From: an uncultured Cytophagia bacterium
Lineage (GTDB): Bacteria > Zhuqueibacterota > Zhuqueibacteria > Thermofontimicrobiales > Thermofontimicrobiaceae
Direction: 5' to 3'
DNA: 64,000 bases
Assembly: GCA_964472785.1 (NCBI GenBank)
Contig: CAYYMH010000008.1
Span: 16,612-80,611 of the forward strand
Under the pieces are notes generated by a model, which worked only from the letters and a program-made list of their open reading frames with translations, was not told the DNA's origin and did no database searches. The position numbers were made by a program, and so were the translations under genes. Below, one piece after another: positions 1-8,844 of the stretch (its first letter is position 1; each line of letters opens with the position of its first letter).

Positions 1-95
1 ACGACACGCTTTCCGTACAACGGTCTTGCCTGTTTATAAATATCGGCAATTGTTTTATCACCAGTTATTTCTCTATAATCTGTTAACACTTTCAT
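1..95 (-). CDS. 5' end (31 codons) of a gene that continues beyond the window start; product unknown, N-terminus loosely resembles GT4-type glycosyltransferases
   Basis: ATG at 95-93 with GGAGG 10 nt upstream. Open frame MKVLTDYREITGDKTIADIYKQARPLYGKRVV runs off the window edge. It abuts the otsAB stop. Confidence 0.3.
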   Translation of the reverse strand, partial: MKVLTDYREITGDKTIADIYKQARPLYGKRV

Positions 96-2282
96 TTATT
101 GATCTACCTCCTCAGTCAGTTTTCTTAAAAAAGTACGCACTTTTTCTGATGATTTTATTTTATATTGAGCTTCTGTGGACGTGAATCCAACTTTGATAGA
201 ATACCCCGTCTCTGGTACAGTTTTAAATGTATCCTCATCTGTCCAATCATCGCCAATCGCCATGATGAAATCCCACGACTCTTGATTGATCCAATGAAGA
301 GCAGCTCTGCCTTTGTTGACACCGGCATTTTTGACTTCTACAACCTTACTTCCCTCTAATACCTGGAGATTTAAATTAGAAGTTAAATATACCAAATTGT
401 TTACCAATTCGCGCGCTCGAATTTGTCCCTGTTCCGGATCAGCTTTTCGATAATGCCACACTAACGAAAATTCCTTGGTTTCGATAAATGATCCCGGTGT
501 TCGATCTACATATAATTCCAGCATCGGAAGGATATCTTTCTTCCATTCCTGATCCAGTTGTTCAATCATTTCCCAATCATTTCCTTTTGTTTTAAGCCAG
601 GCACCGTGTTCCGCGACAAAAGAAATATCTAATTCGCCCAACCATTTTTCCAGCGTGTTCTTATCCCTTCCGCTGATAATAACCACCTCATTTTTTGGTG
701 AAGCAGCTAATGCTTTTAATAAGTTGATCAGCTTATCATCTGGAGACACTTTTTCAGGATCTTTGGAAAATGAGACCAGGGTTCCGTCATAATCCAGTAA
801 CAAGAGACGTCGCTCACTATTTTTAAATTCATTCACTATTTTTTCCTCGGTGCGGACATTAATTCTTTTGCTGAGCAATGTCTGTTGATGCTGTTTGGTG
901 TTTAACAATACTTCGATAAAATCTTCAGCCCATCGGCATACATTATAGCGCATTAGTTTCTTTTGCATTTCCCTGTTACTCTTTTTCTGTTCTTCTTCCG
1001 AAATGATGAAGGCTTGTTTCAGTGCCTGTTCAATTTGCCCGAGATCATTGGGATTAATCGTGATCGCATCGTGCAATTCGTCGGCTGCGCCTGCCATTTC
1101 ACTGAGAATCAGTACCCCCTTACCATCACTTCGGGAAGCGACATATTCCTTTGCAATCAAATTCATGCCATCGCGGAATGGGGTTACTAATCCAACTTCA
1201 GAGACGTTGTACAGTGCGGAAAGCATGTGAAATGGTAGGCTTCGATATAGATACCAAATAGGTGTCCAGCCGATGCCACCATATTTTCCGTTAATGAAGC
1301 CAACCAATTCATCGACCTCTTCTTTGAGTAAACGGTACTGTTCGACTTGTGCACGCGAAGGAACCACAACCAGAATCAGTGTGACTTTTTCCCGATACTC
1401 TGGATTTCTGTCCATAAACAGGTTAAAAGCCCGTAAACGTTGTGCGATTCCTTTCGAATAATCCAGTCGATCCACTGAAAGAATAATCTTATGATCTCCG
1501 ATACGTTTACGTATTTTACTCATTTCATTCTGAACTTCTTTCCTCTTATGTGCTTCTGCAAATTTTCCAAAATCAATTCCCATCGGAAACGAATCCGCGC
1601 GAATCACCCGATCCTCGTAAGTCAGTTTCGTCAATGACTGTTCTACCCCCAACAATCTGGTCGCTGCACTGATAAAATGGCGAACATAATCATAGGTATG
1701 AAAACCCACGAGATCGGAATTAATCAGTCCGTTCAAAATATCGTAACGCCATGGCAGCGTCCGATAGATCTCAAAAGAGGGAAATGGAATATGGAGAAAA
1801 AATCCGATGGTGACATTCGGCAAACGTTTACGAATCATTTCCGGAAGCAACATCAACTGGTAATCGTGTACCCAGATAATGTCGTCTTCTTTTGCTATTT
1901 CGAGTACTTCATCGCAGAAAATCTTATTGACATGTCGATATGTTTCCCAATATTTTTCATTATAAACTGTGTACTGGCTAAAGTAATGAAACAAAGGCCA
2001 AATCGTTTTATTGCTGAATCCTTCATAATAATTTTCGATTTGCATCCGTGTCAAAAACACCGGATACATTTGGTTTCGCTTTAGCCTGTTTTCAATTTGC
2101 TCACGTTCTGAAGTTTTGGTGGTAATAATCCCGGGCCAACCTATCCATAAACTTTCGTATCGTTCGTGAAACGATTTCATACCCGTCGCCAAACCACCAG
2201 TACTCGGCGAATATACAAATTTACCCTCTTTCCTGGAAACACTCACTGGCAATCTGTTAGAAATAATTAATATTCTTCGCAT
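96..2282 (-). CDS. otsAB: Bifunctional trehalose-6-phosphate synthase / trehalose-6-phosphate phosphatase (OtsA-OtsB fusion, GT20 + HAD)
   Basis: 728 aa. The N-terminal GT20 region carries HDYQLMLLP and IGFFLHIPFPSFEIYRTLP. The C-terminal third carries the HAD motif LLLLDYDGTLV typical of trehalose phosphatase. Confidence 0.85.
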   Translation of the reverse strand: MRRILIISNRLPVSVSRKEGKFVYSPSTGGLATGMKSFHERYESLWIGWPGIITTKTSEREQIENRLKRNQMYPVFLTRMQIENYYEGFSNKTIWPLFHYFSQYTVYNEKYWETYRHVNKIFCDEVLEIAKEDDIIWVHDYQLMLLPEMIRKRLPNVTIGFFLHIPFPSFEIYRTLPWRYDILNGLINSDLVGFHTYDYVRHFISAATRLLGVEQSLTKLTYEDRVIRADSFPMGIDFGKFAEAHKRKEVQNEMSKIRKRIGDHKIILSVDRLDYSKGIAQRLRAFNLFMDRNPEYREKVTLILVVVPSRAQVEQYRLLKEEVDELVGFINGKYGGIGWTPIWYLYRSLPFHMLSALYNVSEVGLVTPFRDGMNLIAKEYVASRSDGKGVLILSEMAGAADELHDAITINPNDLGQIEQALKQAFIISEEEQKKSNREMQKKLMRYNVCRWAEDFIEVLLNTKQHQQTLLSKRINVRTEEKIVNEFKNSERRLLLLDYDGTLVSFSKDPEKVSPDDKLINLLKALAASPKNEVVIISGRDKNTLEKWLGELDISFVAEHGAWLKTKGNDWEMIEQLDQEWKKDILPMLELYVDRTPGSFIETKEFSLVWHYRKADPEQGQIRARELVNNLVYLTSNLNLQVLEGSKVVEVKNAGVNKGRAALHWINQESWDFIMAIGDDWTDEDTFKTVPETGYSIKVGFTSTEAQYKIKSSEKVRTFLRKLTEEVDQ

Positions 2283-2635
2283 TTTATTTTTACCTCTGAA
2301 CGGTTTATTAAAAATTACAAATTAATTACAATGTCCAAATCCTAAACGGTTTCTTATATAACTTGAAATATTTTTTTGCTTCAAAGACGCAAAGGCTCAA
2401 AGAGCTAAAAATCAATTAATTAGAACTCTATTCATATTTTAATCCGACAAAACTGAGTTTAAAATTCAATTTCTTATAACTTTTTATTTCTTCATGTCTT
2501 GGAATCTTGGCGGCAATCATTTATGAATAATTCAAGTTAAAAATAATGATCTAATAAAATAATAAAAATTTAGCAAATTTACAAGGAATCTCTTGACTAT
2601 TTTAATCAATATCAGATTTTCCTTTCTATCAAAAT

Positions 2636-2652
2636 CTGCTTTTCGGCAAAGC
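2636..2652 (-). terminator. Candidate intrinsic terminator of the T9SS-protein gene
   Basis: Hairpin tgcttt/aaagca with a 5-nt loop immediately 3' of the stop, followed by GATTTTGAT on the minus strand. Confidence 0.3.
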
Positions 2653-2658
2653 ATCTCT

Positions 2659-4434
2659 CTATTTTAATAACACTATCTTTTTTGTCGCTGCAATTTCACT
2701 GTTCAATAACATCCTGATGAAATATGTACCGGAATTTACCTGATGTCCGAAGCTGTTTCGGCCATCCCATTTTATCTGATACCAGGCCGGGTTTTTTTGT
2801 TCATTGACCAATATTTTCGTCATGTTTCCGATCAAATCATACACTGTGATTTGAACATTCGATTTATGAGCGATTTGATATTCGATCGTTGTGTGCGTGT
2901 TAAACGGATTCGGGTAATTTTGGATAAGTTTGTATTGAGTCGGAATACTGATGATAACTTCAATCTCGGGTGAAAATTCAAAAGTACCATCAAAATTCAG
3001 TTGTTTTAATCGGTAACGAGATGAACTGACGGCTCCATTTCGATCGATAAAAGCGTATTCGTGATTACCAACTGTGGTACCATTCCCTCTGACAAATCCT
3101 ATTCTAAAAAATTGTCTTTGCGCCTGACTCAGTTTTTGAATTTCAAATCCCAAATTGTTATTTTCACTTGCTGTAAACCAGTAAAGCGTCACATCTTTTC
3201 CATTCAAGCGATAACCGAAATCCGTCAACTCCACTGGTACCGGTTGCAGACTTTTTTCCCACCGATTAACGATGGCATGAATCCAGGGAGAGTAACTACG
3301 TCCCGTATTTCCTGTATGCGGCGGACTGTATGTGTCATTACCACCACAGAAGATCGTTGCCTCCCGCTGATTAAGCCAGGTATCCGGATGGTCTTCACTG
3401 CTTGCACTACGTCCGATTAAATCGGAATTTGCTGTATCCATCGAATTATCTGGCATGCCGTTATCCACGAACCAAAAATATTCATTGTCCAGTTGCGAAT
3501 CATCACTCGTCCAGGCAATTGAATTATGAAAATCAAACGGCACCACATTTTTCAGCGGATAATCTTCGAACTGATCCGTACCAGTTGGATTGTATTGATG
3601 CAACCAGTCTTCGCGCAACCAGCGAGCAAACTCACGGCAATTGTTCGCCGCGTCCGCAGAGAGCCAAACCATCGGTGGGGCCTGCATGGCAATAAACAGA
3701 ATGTTTGGATGTTCCACAAAAATATTGAGCATACCCCGGTATGCACACTTCAACTGCGCCAATGAAGCGCCAGCACCGCTCCAATTACCGGCTGACCAGT
3801 GTGTGTTCGTGTAGCTGTCAGATACTGCACCGCTTGAATTCAGATAAGTGAAATTGTTCGTGCCATTATCCGAATAAGGCGTGCCGCCGATAACATTGCC
3901 AAAGCCATTGTTTTCAGTACCGCCGTCGTAATGGGTATCATTATGACTTACATTCGAGCCGGGATAACACGGTTTGAACATGATGATGTCCATCAGCTCA
4001 GCGTTAAATTCATAATAGTTCAACATGAAATCCCGATAATCATCGTCGATTTGTTCGCCGATGGTCGGTCCACCGTTCTGGGCAGGACCTTCGTAACGGT
4101 AAAAATGATCATCGACGGGAATCCCCAATTCGCGCTGAAATCTTTTGTACCAATGCCGATAATCCGTGTAATTATTCTCGTATTGATAAGTCGTCCGGAT
4201 ACGGCTATGCAGCGCGTAGCCCAATCCCTCAAGTCCGCTTATCAGACCGTCATTCAATAAATTTGCGCCGCACGAATGATGAAAAAAATTGAACACATGT
4301 TCGCTGATGTTGTCCGGTGTTGAAAAGTCGGGATTAGCAAATTCTTCCTGAAGTAATGAGTTTTGAGCGTCCAGAGAGAAGTTAGCGATCAGGGAAAAAA
4401 TAATTAGAAAAGCACATACATTTTTAAAATGCAT
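2659..4434 (-). CDS. Secreted protein with C-terminal T9SS (Por) sorting domain; function unknown
   Basis: N-terminal signal peptide (MHFKNVCAFLIIFSLIANFSLDA). The last ~80 aa carry the canonical CTD signature YPNPFN...TTIEY...VYDLIGN... Confidence 0.6.
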   Translation of the reverse strand: MHFKNVCAFLIIFSLIANFSLDAQNSLLQEEFANPDFSTPDNISEHVFNFFHHSCGANLLNDGLISGLEGLGYALHSRIRTTYQYENNYTDYRHWYKRFQRELGIPVDDHFYRYEGPAQNGGPTIGEQIDDDYRDFMLNYYEFNAELMDIIMFKPCYPGSNVSHNDTHYDGGTENNGFGNVIGGTPYSDNGTNNFTYLNSSGAVSDSYTNTHWSAGNWSGAGASLAQLKCAYRGMLNIFVEHPNILFIAMQAPPMVWLSADAANNCREFARWLREDWLHQYNPTGTDQFEDYPLKNVVPFDFHNSIAWTSDDSQLDNEYFWFVDNGMPDNSMDTANSDLIGRSASSEDHPDTWLNQREATIFCGGNDTYSPPHTGNTGRSYSPWIHAIVNRWEKSLQPVPVELTDFGYRLNGKDVTLYWFTASENNNLGFEIQKLSQAQRQFFRIGFVRGNGTTVGNHEYAFIDRNGAVSSSRYRLKQLNFDGTFEFSPEIEVIISIPTQYKLIQNYPNPFNTHTTIEYQIAHKSNVQITVYDLIGNMTKILVNEQKNPAWYQIKWDGRNSFGHQVNSGTYFIRMLLNSEIAATKKIVLLK

Positions 4435-4789
4435 CTTATTCTCCTTTTTTATTTATGCTGCAAATTGACATCTCTATAAAATAATAACAAAAATATTAAT
4501 TATCAATACTTTAATTTATAATTTTAGAAATGGTTCTATGTGCTTTATTTGCCACAAAGCCACCAAGACTCGAAGTTACACAAAAAAAACACAAATCTAT
4601 GGTTTTTCATAATAAGGACTTAATTATTTTTCTAATATGATGGATTCATAAATTCTCTTAAATGATAAGATCCTGGGCTATTTAATGTTATTTTGAAACA
4701 AATAATAAAATTCATTTTTAATAAGATAGCGAAATGCCTTCGAGACATTGTGGCTATCGTTACAAATTTTATTTCACAGAAGTTTTTCC

Positions 4790-4817
4790 TTGCAATTGTA
4801 TATTTAAATCATATATT
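4790..4817 (+). promoter_or_regulatory. sigma70-like promoter TTGCAA-N16-TATATT
   Basis: Read directly; about 40 nt upstream of the small ORF and 190 nt upstream of the permease. Confidence 0.3.
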
Positions 4818-4857
4818 AGACGTTTGTGTTTTTATTATACCCTACTGGAGAGATGAA

Positions 4858-5034
4858 ATGGAAATTAATATACTGATCGGTATCATTGTGCTTGTATTAG
4901 CCTACAGCATTTTAGTCGCGCTGGTACTGTGGAGCCGACAAACTATCGAAGCAATTGATAAATATAATTTAGGTTCTTTACGAGAAATATTAAGCGAATT
5001 ACGCCATGGCAACAGAAAAGACACCAAAGCATAA
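4858..5034 (+). CDS. Possible small (58 aa) single-pass membrane protein overlapping the permease start
   Basis: Internal ATG of ORF 4693..5034. The product MEINILIGIIVLVLAYSILVALVLW... has one TM helix and overlaps the 5006 start by 29 nt in another frame. Confidence 0.2.
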   Translation: MEINILIGIIVLVLAYSILVALVLWSRQTIEAIDKYNLGSLREILSELRHGNRKDTKA

Positions 5035-7282
5035 AATTACCACTGAACTATCGAGGGAATTAAATCTATTCCACATTACCATGATGGGCGTTGGTATGAT
5101 GATCGGTGCCGGTGTGTTTCTGGGAATAGGAAACGCTGTTGGTGTCGCAGGTCCCGGTGGTGTCGTGCTTACTTTCGCCTTGAATGGTCTTTTGGCAATT
5201 TTCACTGCCATGTCTTATGCGGAATTGAGTTCAGCCGTTCCCCGTGCTGGCGGAGCGTATAATTTCGCCAGAATCGCATTTGGGCGCGGACCCAGTTTTA
5301 TAGCCGGTTGGATGGAATGGTTTGCATCCAGTGTTGCCGGCAGCGTTTATTGTCTTACTTTTGCCATTTACACGCTGCATTATTTAGAACAATTGGGCTT
5401 GCTCAACTGGCTTCCTTTTACTGAATTTTATTCCACAAAAATTGTTGCTTTTCTCATTGCTGTGGTCTTTATTTACATCAATTACCGTGGCGCATCAGAG
5501 ACCGGAAAAACCGGTGCGTTTTTTACCCTTGGCCAAACTATTACCTTGGGTGTGATCGGAATTGTTGGTATCGGTGTTGCGATGGCTGATCCGAGCCGCC
5601 TCACCAACTTTGAACCATTTATGCCAAATGGCTGGGACAAGCTGCTCATTACAATGGGGTTCACATACGTTGCTTTCGAAGGATTTGAGGTTATTGCGCA
5701 GGCAGGAGATGAAACGATTGAACCACGGAAAAATATTCCCAAAGCCATGCTTTATTCCATTTTTATAGTTGTGACCACCTACATTCTGGTATCTTTTGCT
5801 GCTGTCGTCGGCGTTAAGGAAGGAAGTCCGGGGGTAGAAGGCGCTGTTTGGGAATGGATCGGCAGTTTTAATGAAAAAGGATTTGGCATGGCTGTTTCGC
5901 GTCTCATGCCCTATGGCGGTTTTCTGGTAACGATTACTGTGATATTTGCATCCACATCCGCCTTAAATGCTACCATTTTTTCAGCGACTCGCGTCTCCTA
6001 TGCTTTAGGCAGAGACAGGATGTTGCCGGGTATTTTCTCAAAAATTTCAACTAAACAAAAAACCCCGTACATCGCGCTGTTTTTTTCATCGCTGATTGTC
6101 ATCGTGGTTGCCATATTCTTGCCCACCATGGATGTTGCCTCCAGTGCCAGCATCATGTTTCTATTTTTATTCTTTACCGTGAATATCAGCGTCATTAAAA
6201 TCCGAAAATATATGTCAGATGAACTTGTTTATGGTTACATTATGCCGTTGTTTCCCTTAACTCCGATTCTGGCAATATTTTTTCAAGCGTTGTTGGCAGT
6301 ATGGTTAATTCACATGAGTTATATCGCCTGGATCGTTGCGCCGGCGTGGATTTTTTCCGGTATCTTGATTTATTGGATGTATTCGAAAAAACGTGCCGTT
6401 GCCACACACGACGAGATTGTTGTTCTGGAAGAAGAAGAGGCTCCTGAAAAGAAACGTTACCGGATCATGGTACCTGTTGCCAATCCTGACAATGCTTTAA
6501 AATTAGTGGGAAACACGTTCAAATTGTCCGGCGCCAAAGACGCTTTAGTTGAATTGCTGCACATGGTTCCGATACCGGATCAAGTCCCTTTATCCGACGC
6601 CCAAAGGTACACACTCAAAGGCAAAGAAGCGGTGACCGAAGCCATGCTTTATCTAACACCAAAATTTCCAATCACCACCACCATTCGCTACTGCCGAAAT
6701 GTGGCTCGCGGAATCATTATGGCAGCGCGTGAAAAACATACTGACTTGATCATCATGGGAGCACCGGAAAATATCTCTTACCGAAGAGGCTTTATTTTTG
6801 GGAGCACGATTGATCCAGTGATTGAAAAAGCACCCTGTAACGTGGTTGCGTTTAAAAATTGTAAAAATATCGATTACCACAAAATATTGGTGCCTTTTGG
6901 CGGCGGACCGAATAGCATATTTGCTTTGGAGGTTGCTTCAATATTGATGCACGAAGAAGGAAATATCGTTCCCTTGAACATTGCCAGACCGGGTCAGCCA
7001 ACGCGGGATATTGAGGCCTTTCTCGAGCATGCGGGTAAATTACGTCACATTAAAAAAATCTCTCCCAAATACATCGTGGCGAAAAATTTTGTGGAAGCGA
7101 TTGTAAACGAAGCCAATGAAGGAAATTATGATCTGGTGGTCATTGGTGCTACGCGGGAAAAATTTCTCAAGAAAATGATACGCGGCTCACTCCCTGATGA
7201 AGTCGCCCACCATATCAACAAACCACTGGCAATAGTAAATGCTGTGGAAGGTTTTAAATCAATTATGAAAAAAATAATTTGA
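5006..7282 (+). CDS. APC-family amino acid permease fused to two C-terminal universal stress protein (UspA) domains
   Basis: 758 aa. The N-terminal 12-TM region is APC-like (MMGVGMMIGAGVFLGIGNAVG). The C-terminal ~280 aa contain two Usp-like alpha/beta units (YRIMVPVANPDNALK...LIIMGA; ILVPFGGGPNS...LVVIGAT). Confidence 0.75.
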   Translation: MATEKTPKHKITTELSRELNLFHITMMGVGMMIGAGVFLGIGNAVGVAGPGGVVLTFALNGLLAIFTAMSYAELSSAVPRAGGAYNFARIAFGRGPSFIAGWMEWFASSVAGSVYCLTFAIYTLHYLEQLGLLNWLPFTEFYSTKIVAFLIAVVFIYINYRGASETGKTGAFFTLGQTITLGVIGIVGIGVAMADPSRLTNFEPFMPNGWDKLLITMGFTYVAFEGFEVIAQAGDETIEPRKNIPKAMLYSIFIVVTTYILVSFAAVVGVKEGSPGVEGAVWEWIGSFNEKGFGMAVSRLMPYGGFLVTITVIFASTSALNATIFSATRVSYALGRDRMLPGIFSKISTKQKTPYIALFFSSLIVIVVAIFLPTMDVASSASIMFLFLFFTVNISVIKIRKYMSDELVYGYIMPLFPLTPILAIFFQALLAVWLIHMSYIAWIVAPAWIFSGILIYWMYSKKRAVATHDEIVVLEEEEAPEKKRYRIMVPVANPDNALKLVGNTFKLSGAKDALVELLHMVPIPDQVPLSDAQRYTLKGKEAVTEAMLYLTPKFPITTTIRYCRNVARGIIMAAREKHTDLIIMGAPENISYRRGFIFGSTIDPVIEKAPCNVVAFKNCKNIDYHKILVPFGGGPNSIFALEVASILMHEEGNIVPLNIARPGQPTRDIEAFLEHAGKLRHIKKISPKYIVAKNFVEAIVNEANEGNYDLVVIGATREKFLKKMIRGSLPDEVAHHINKPLAIVNAVEGFKSIMKKII

Positions 7283-7303
7283 CCGGAGTGATCTTTGTCC
7301 AAA

Positions 7304-8272
7304 TTATTGGATCCTTTCTTTCAGCAATTTAAAAAAGGAAGAAAAATCTACATTCCCGCCCGATAAAATAATCCCAATTCGCTTTCCGTTTAAACTCTTC
7401 CTTTGTGCCAAAAGGGCGGCAAACGGTACTGCTGATGAAGGCTCGATAATAATTTTCATCCGCTCAAAAATGAGTTGCATCGCGCTGATAATTTCCCCCT
7501 CTGTCACTGTGATAATGTCATCCACAAATTTTTGAATAATAGGAAACGTTTTCTCTCCCAGAGCAGTCTTCAATCCATCCGCAATTGTGTTCGGATTTTC
7601 GGGCGGGATGATTTTACCGGCTTGCAGCGATTGATAAGCATCATCCGCATTTTTGGGTTCGCCGGCAATGACTTTGATTTTTGAATGAATTGATTTCACG
7701 GTTATCGCTGTCCCGCTGAGTAATCCGCCGCCACCGACCGGCGCCATGACAACATCTAATTCTTCAACATCGTCCAATAGCTCCAGTGCAGCAGTTCCTT
7801 GTCCGGCGATGATCCGGTAGTCATTGTAGGGATGAATGAAAGTAGCGCCTGTTTCCCCAATGATCCGCTCGGCGGTGGTTTCTCTGGATTCCAGCGTTGG
7901 CTCACAAAACGTGATCAGCCCGCCATAATTTTTCACTGCCGCCACTTTGACAGGCGGGGCATTAGACGGCATGACAATGTGAGCGTTGATTCCGCGCATT
8001 CGTGCAGCCAATGCCAGCGCGGCGGCATGATTTCCCGAAGAATGGGTGACCACTCCTTTTTGCGCTTCCTGTTCCGAAAGATTGAATACTGCATTGCAGG
8101 CGCCGCGGAATTTGAAGGCACCCACTTTCTGGAAATTTTCGCACTTGAAAAACAGTTCCGCGCCAGAAATTTCATTCAGCGATGAACAATTCAGCACCGG
8201 CGTTTTGTTGATCGTTTTTCTGATTTTTTGGTGCGTTTTTTGAATGTCTTTTAGTGTTGGAGGTTGATTCAT
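7304..8272 (-). CDS. PLP-dependent threonine/serine dehydratase family (fold type II)
   Basis: The Lys motif FKCENFQKVGAFKFRGA, SSGNHAAALA and the Gly loop GGGGLLSG; 322 aa. Confidence 0.8.
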   Translation of the reverse strand: MNQPPTLKDIQKTHQKIRKTINKTPVLNCSSLNEISGAELFFKCENFQKVGAFKFRGACNAVFNLSEQEAQKGVVTHSSGNHAAALALAARMRGINAHIVMPSNAPPVKVAAVKNYGGLITFCEPTLESRETTAERIIGETGATFIHPYNDYRIIAGQGTAALELLDDVEELDVVMAPVGGGGLLSGTAITVKSIHSKIKVIAGEPKNADDAYQSLQAGKIIPPENPNTIADGLKTALGEKTFPIIQKFVDDIITVTEGEIISAMQLIFERMKIIIEPSSAVPFAALLAQRKSLNGKRIGIILSGGNVDFSSFFKLLKERIQ

Positions 8273-8544
8273 TTCTTTTTTTTATCCTGAATTCTTCATA
8301 ACGTAGCAGCAGGCTACTAACAAATTATATTCCAAACGCAAAGCCGCAGAGAACGCAAAGTTTACCAAGTTACTTATTTTTTCTTTGCGGGCTTGGCGAC
8401 TCTGCGTGAGCTTTTTTAATCATTTTAAAAAAGTGCCGTTTGGCGTAAAATATTTCTAACAAAGAACTCTCAAAGATGAACAAAGTGTCTTCAGTTAATA
8501 GTTAAATTTTTGCCATGAAAACGCCGAGATTCCAAAGAAGATAA

Positions 8545-8805
8545 CTATTCATCAATCGAGAGTTGGACTAACTTAGCACTTACTCCCTCCACTAAATTCA
8601 ACTTCCGCGACAATTCCTCGTGCTTCTCTTTGTCACCGACTAATTCCAAAAAAAGCAAGCCACTTTCGCTGCACTCGTCCAATGTTCCCTGATGCAGTCC
8701 GAGCCGTGTTTTTATGTAACAGCCCCAGGCGGTCAAAATTTGCTGAACTTTGGTGGCGGATTCTTTTCTGCTATTCACTAAAATAAGCATTACATCTCGT
8801 TTCAT
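8545..8805 (-). CDS. Small ACT/NikR-C-like regulator resembling the TM1266 family (putative iron-only hydrogenase system regulator type)
   Basis: 86 aa. MLILVNSRKESATKVQQILTAWGCYIKTRLGL...GLLFLELVGDKEKHEELSRKLNLVEGV matches my memory of the TM1266-like fold family. GAGGAG RBS. Co-directional directly downstream of tex. Confidence 0.35.
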   Translation of the reverse strand: MKRDVMLILVNSRKESATKVQQILTAWGCYIKTRLGLHQGTLDECSESGLLFLELVGDKEKHEELSRKLNLVEGVSAKLVQLSIDE

Positions 8806-8844
8806 GTCTAATTCTCCTCTGATTTTTATTTTCTATGCTCACAT

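Noticed and set aside
1677-2084. 135-aa plus-strand ORF (and several 60-75-aa ORFs at 963-1461) inside otsAB
   Set aside because: Antisense to a well-supported 728-aa gene, with no RBS or domain features. These are typical shadow ORFs.
3061-3765. Plus-strand ORFs of 79-119 aa inside the T9SS-protein gene
   Set aside because: Antisense shadow ORFs within a gene that has a signal peptide and conserved CTD.
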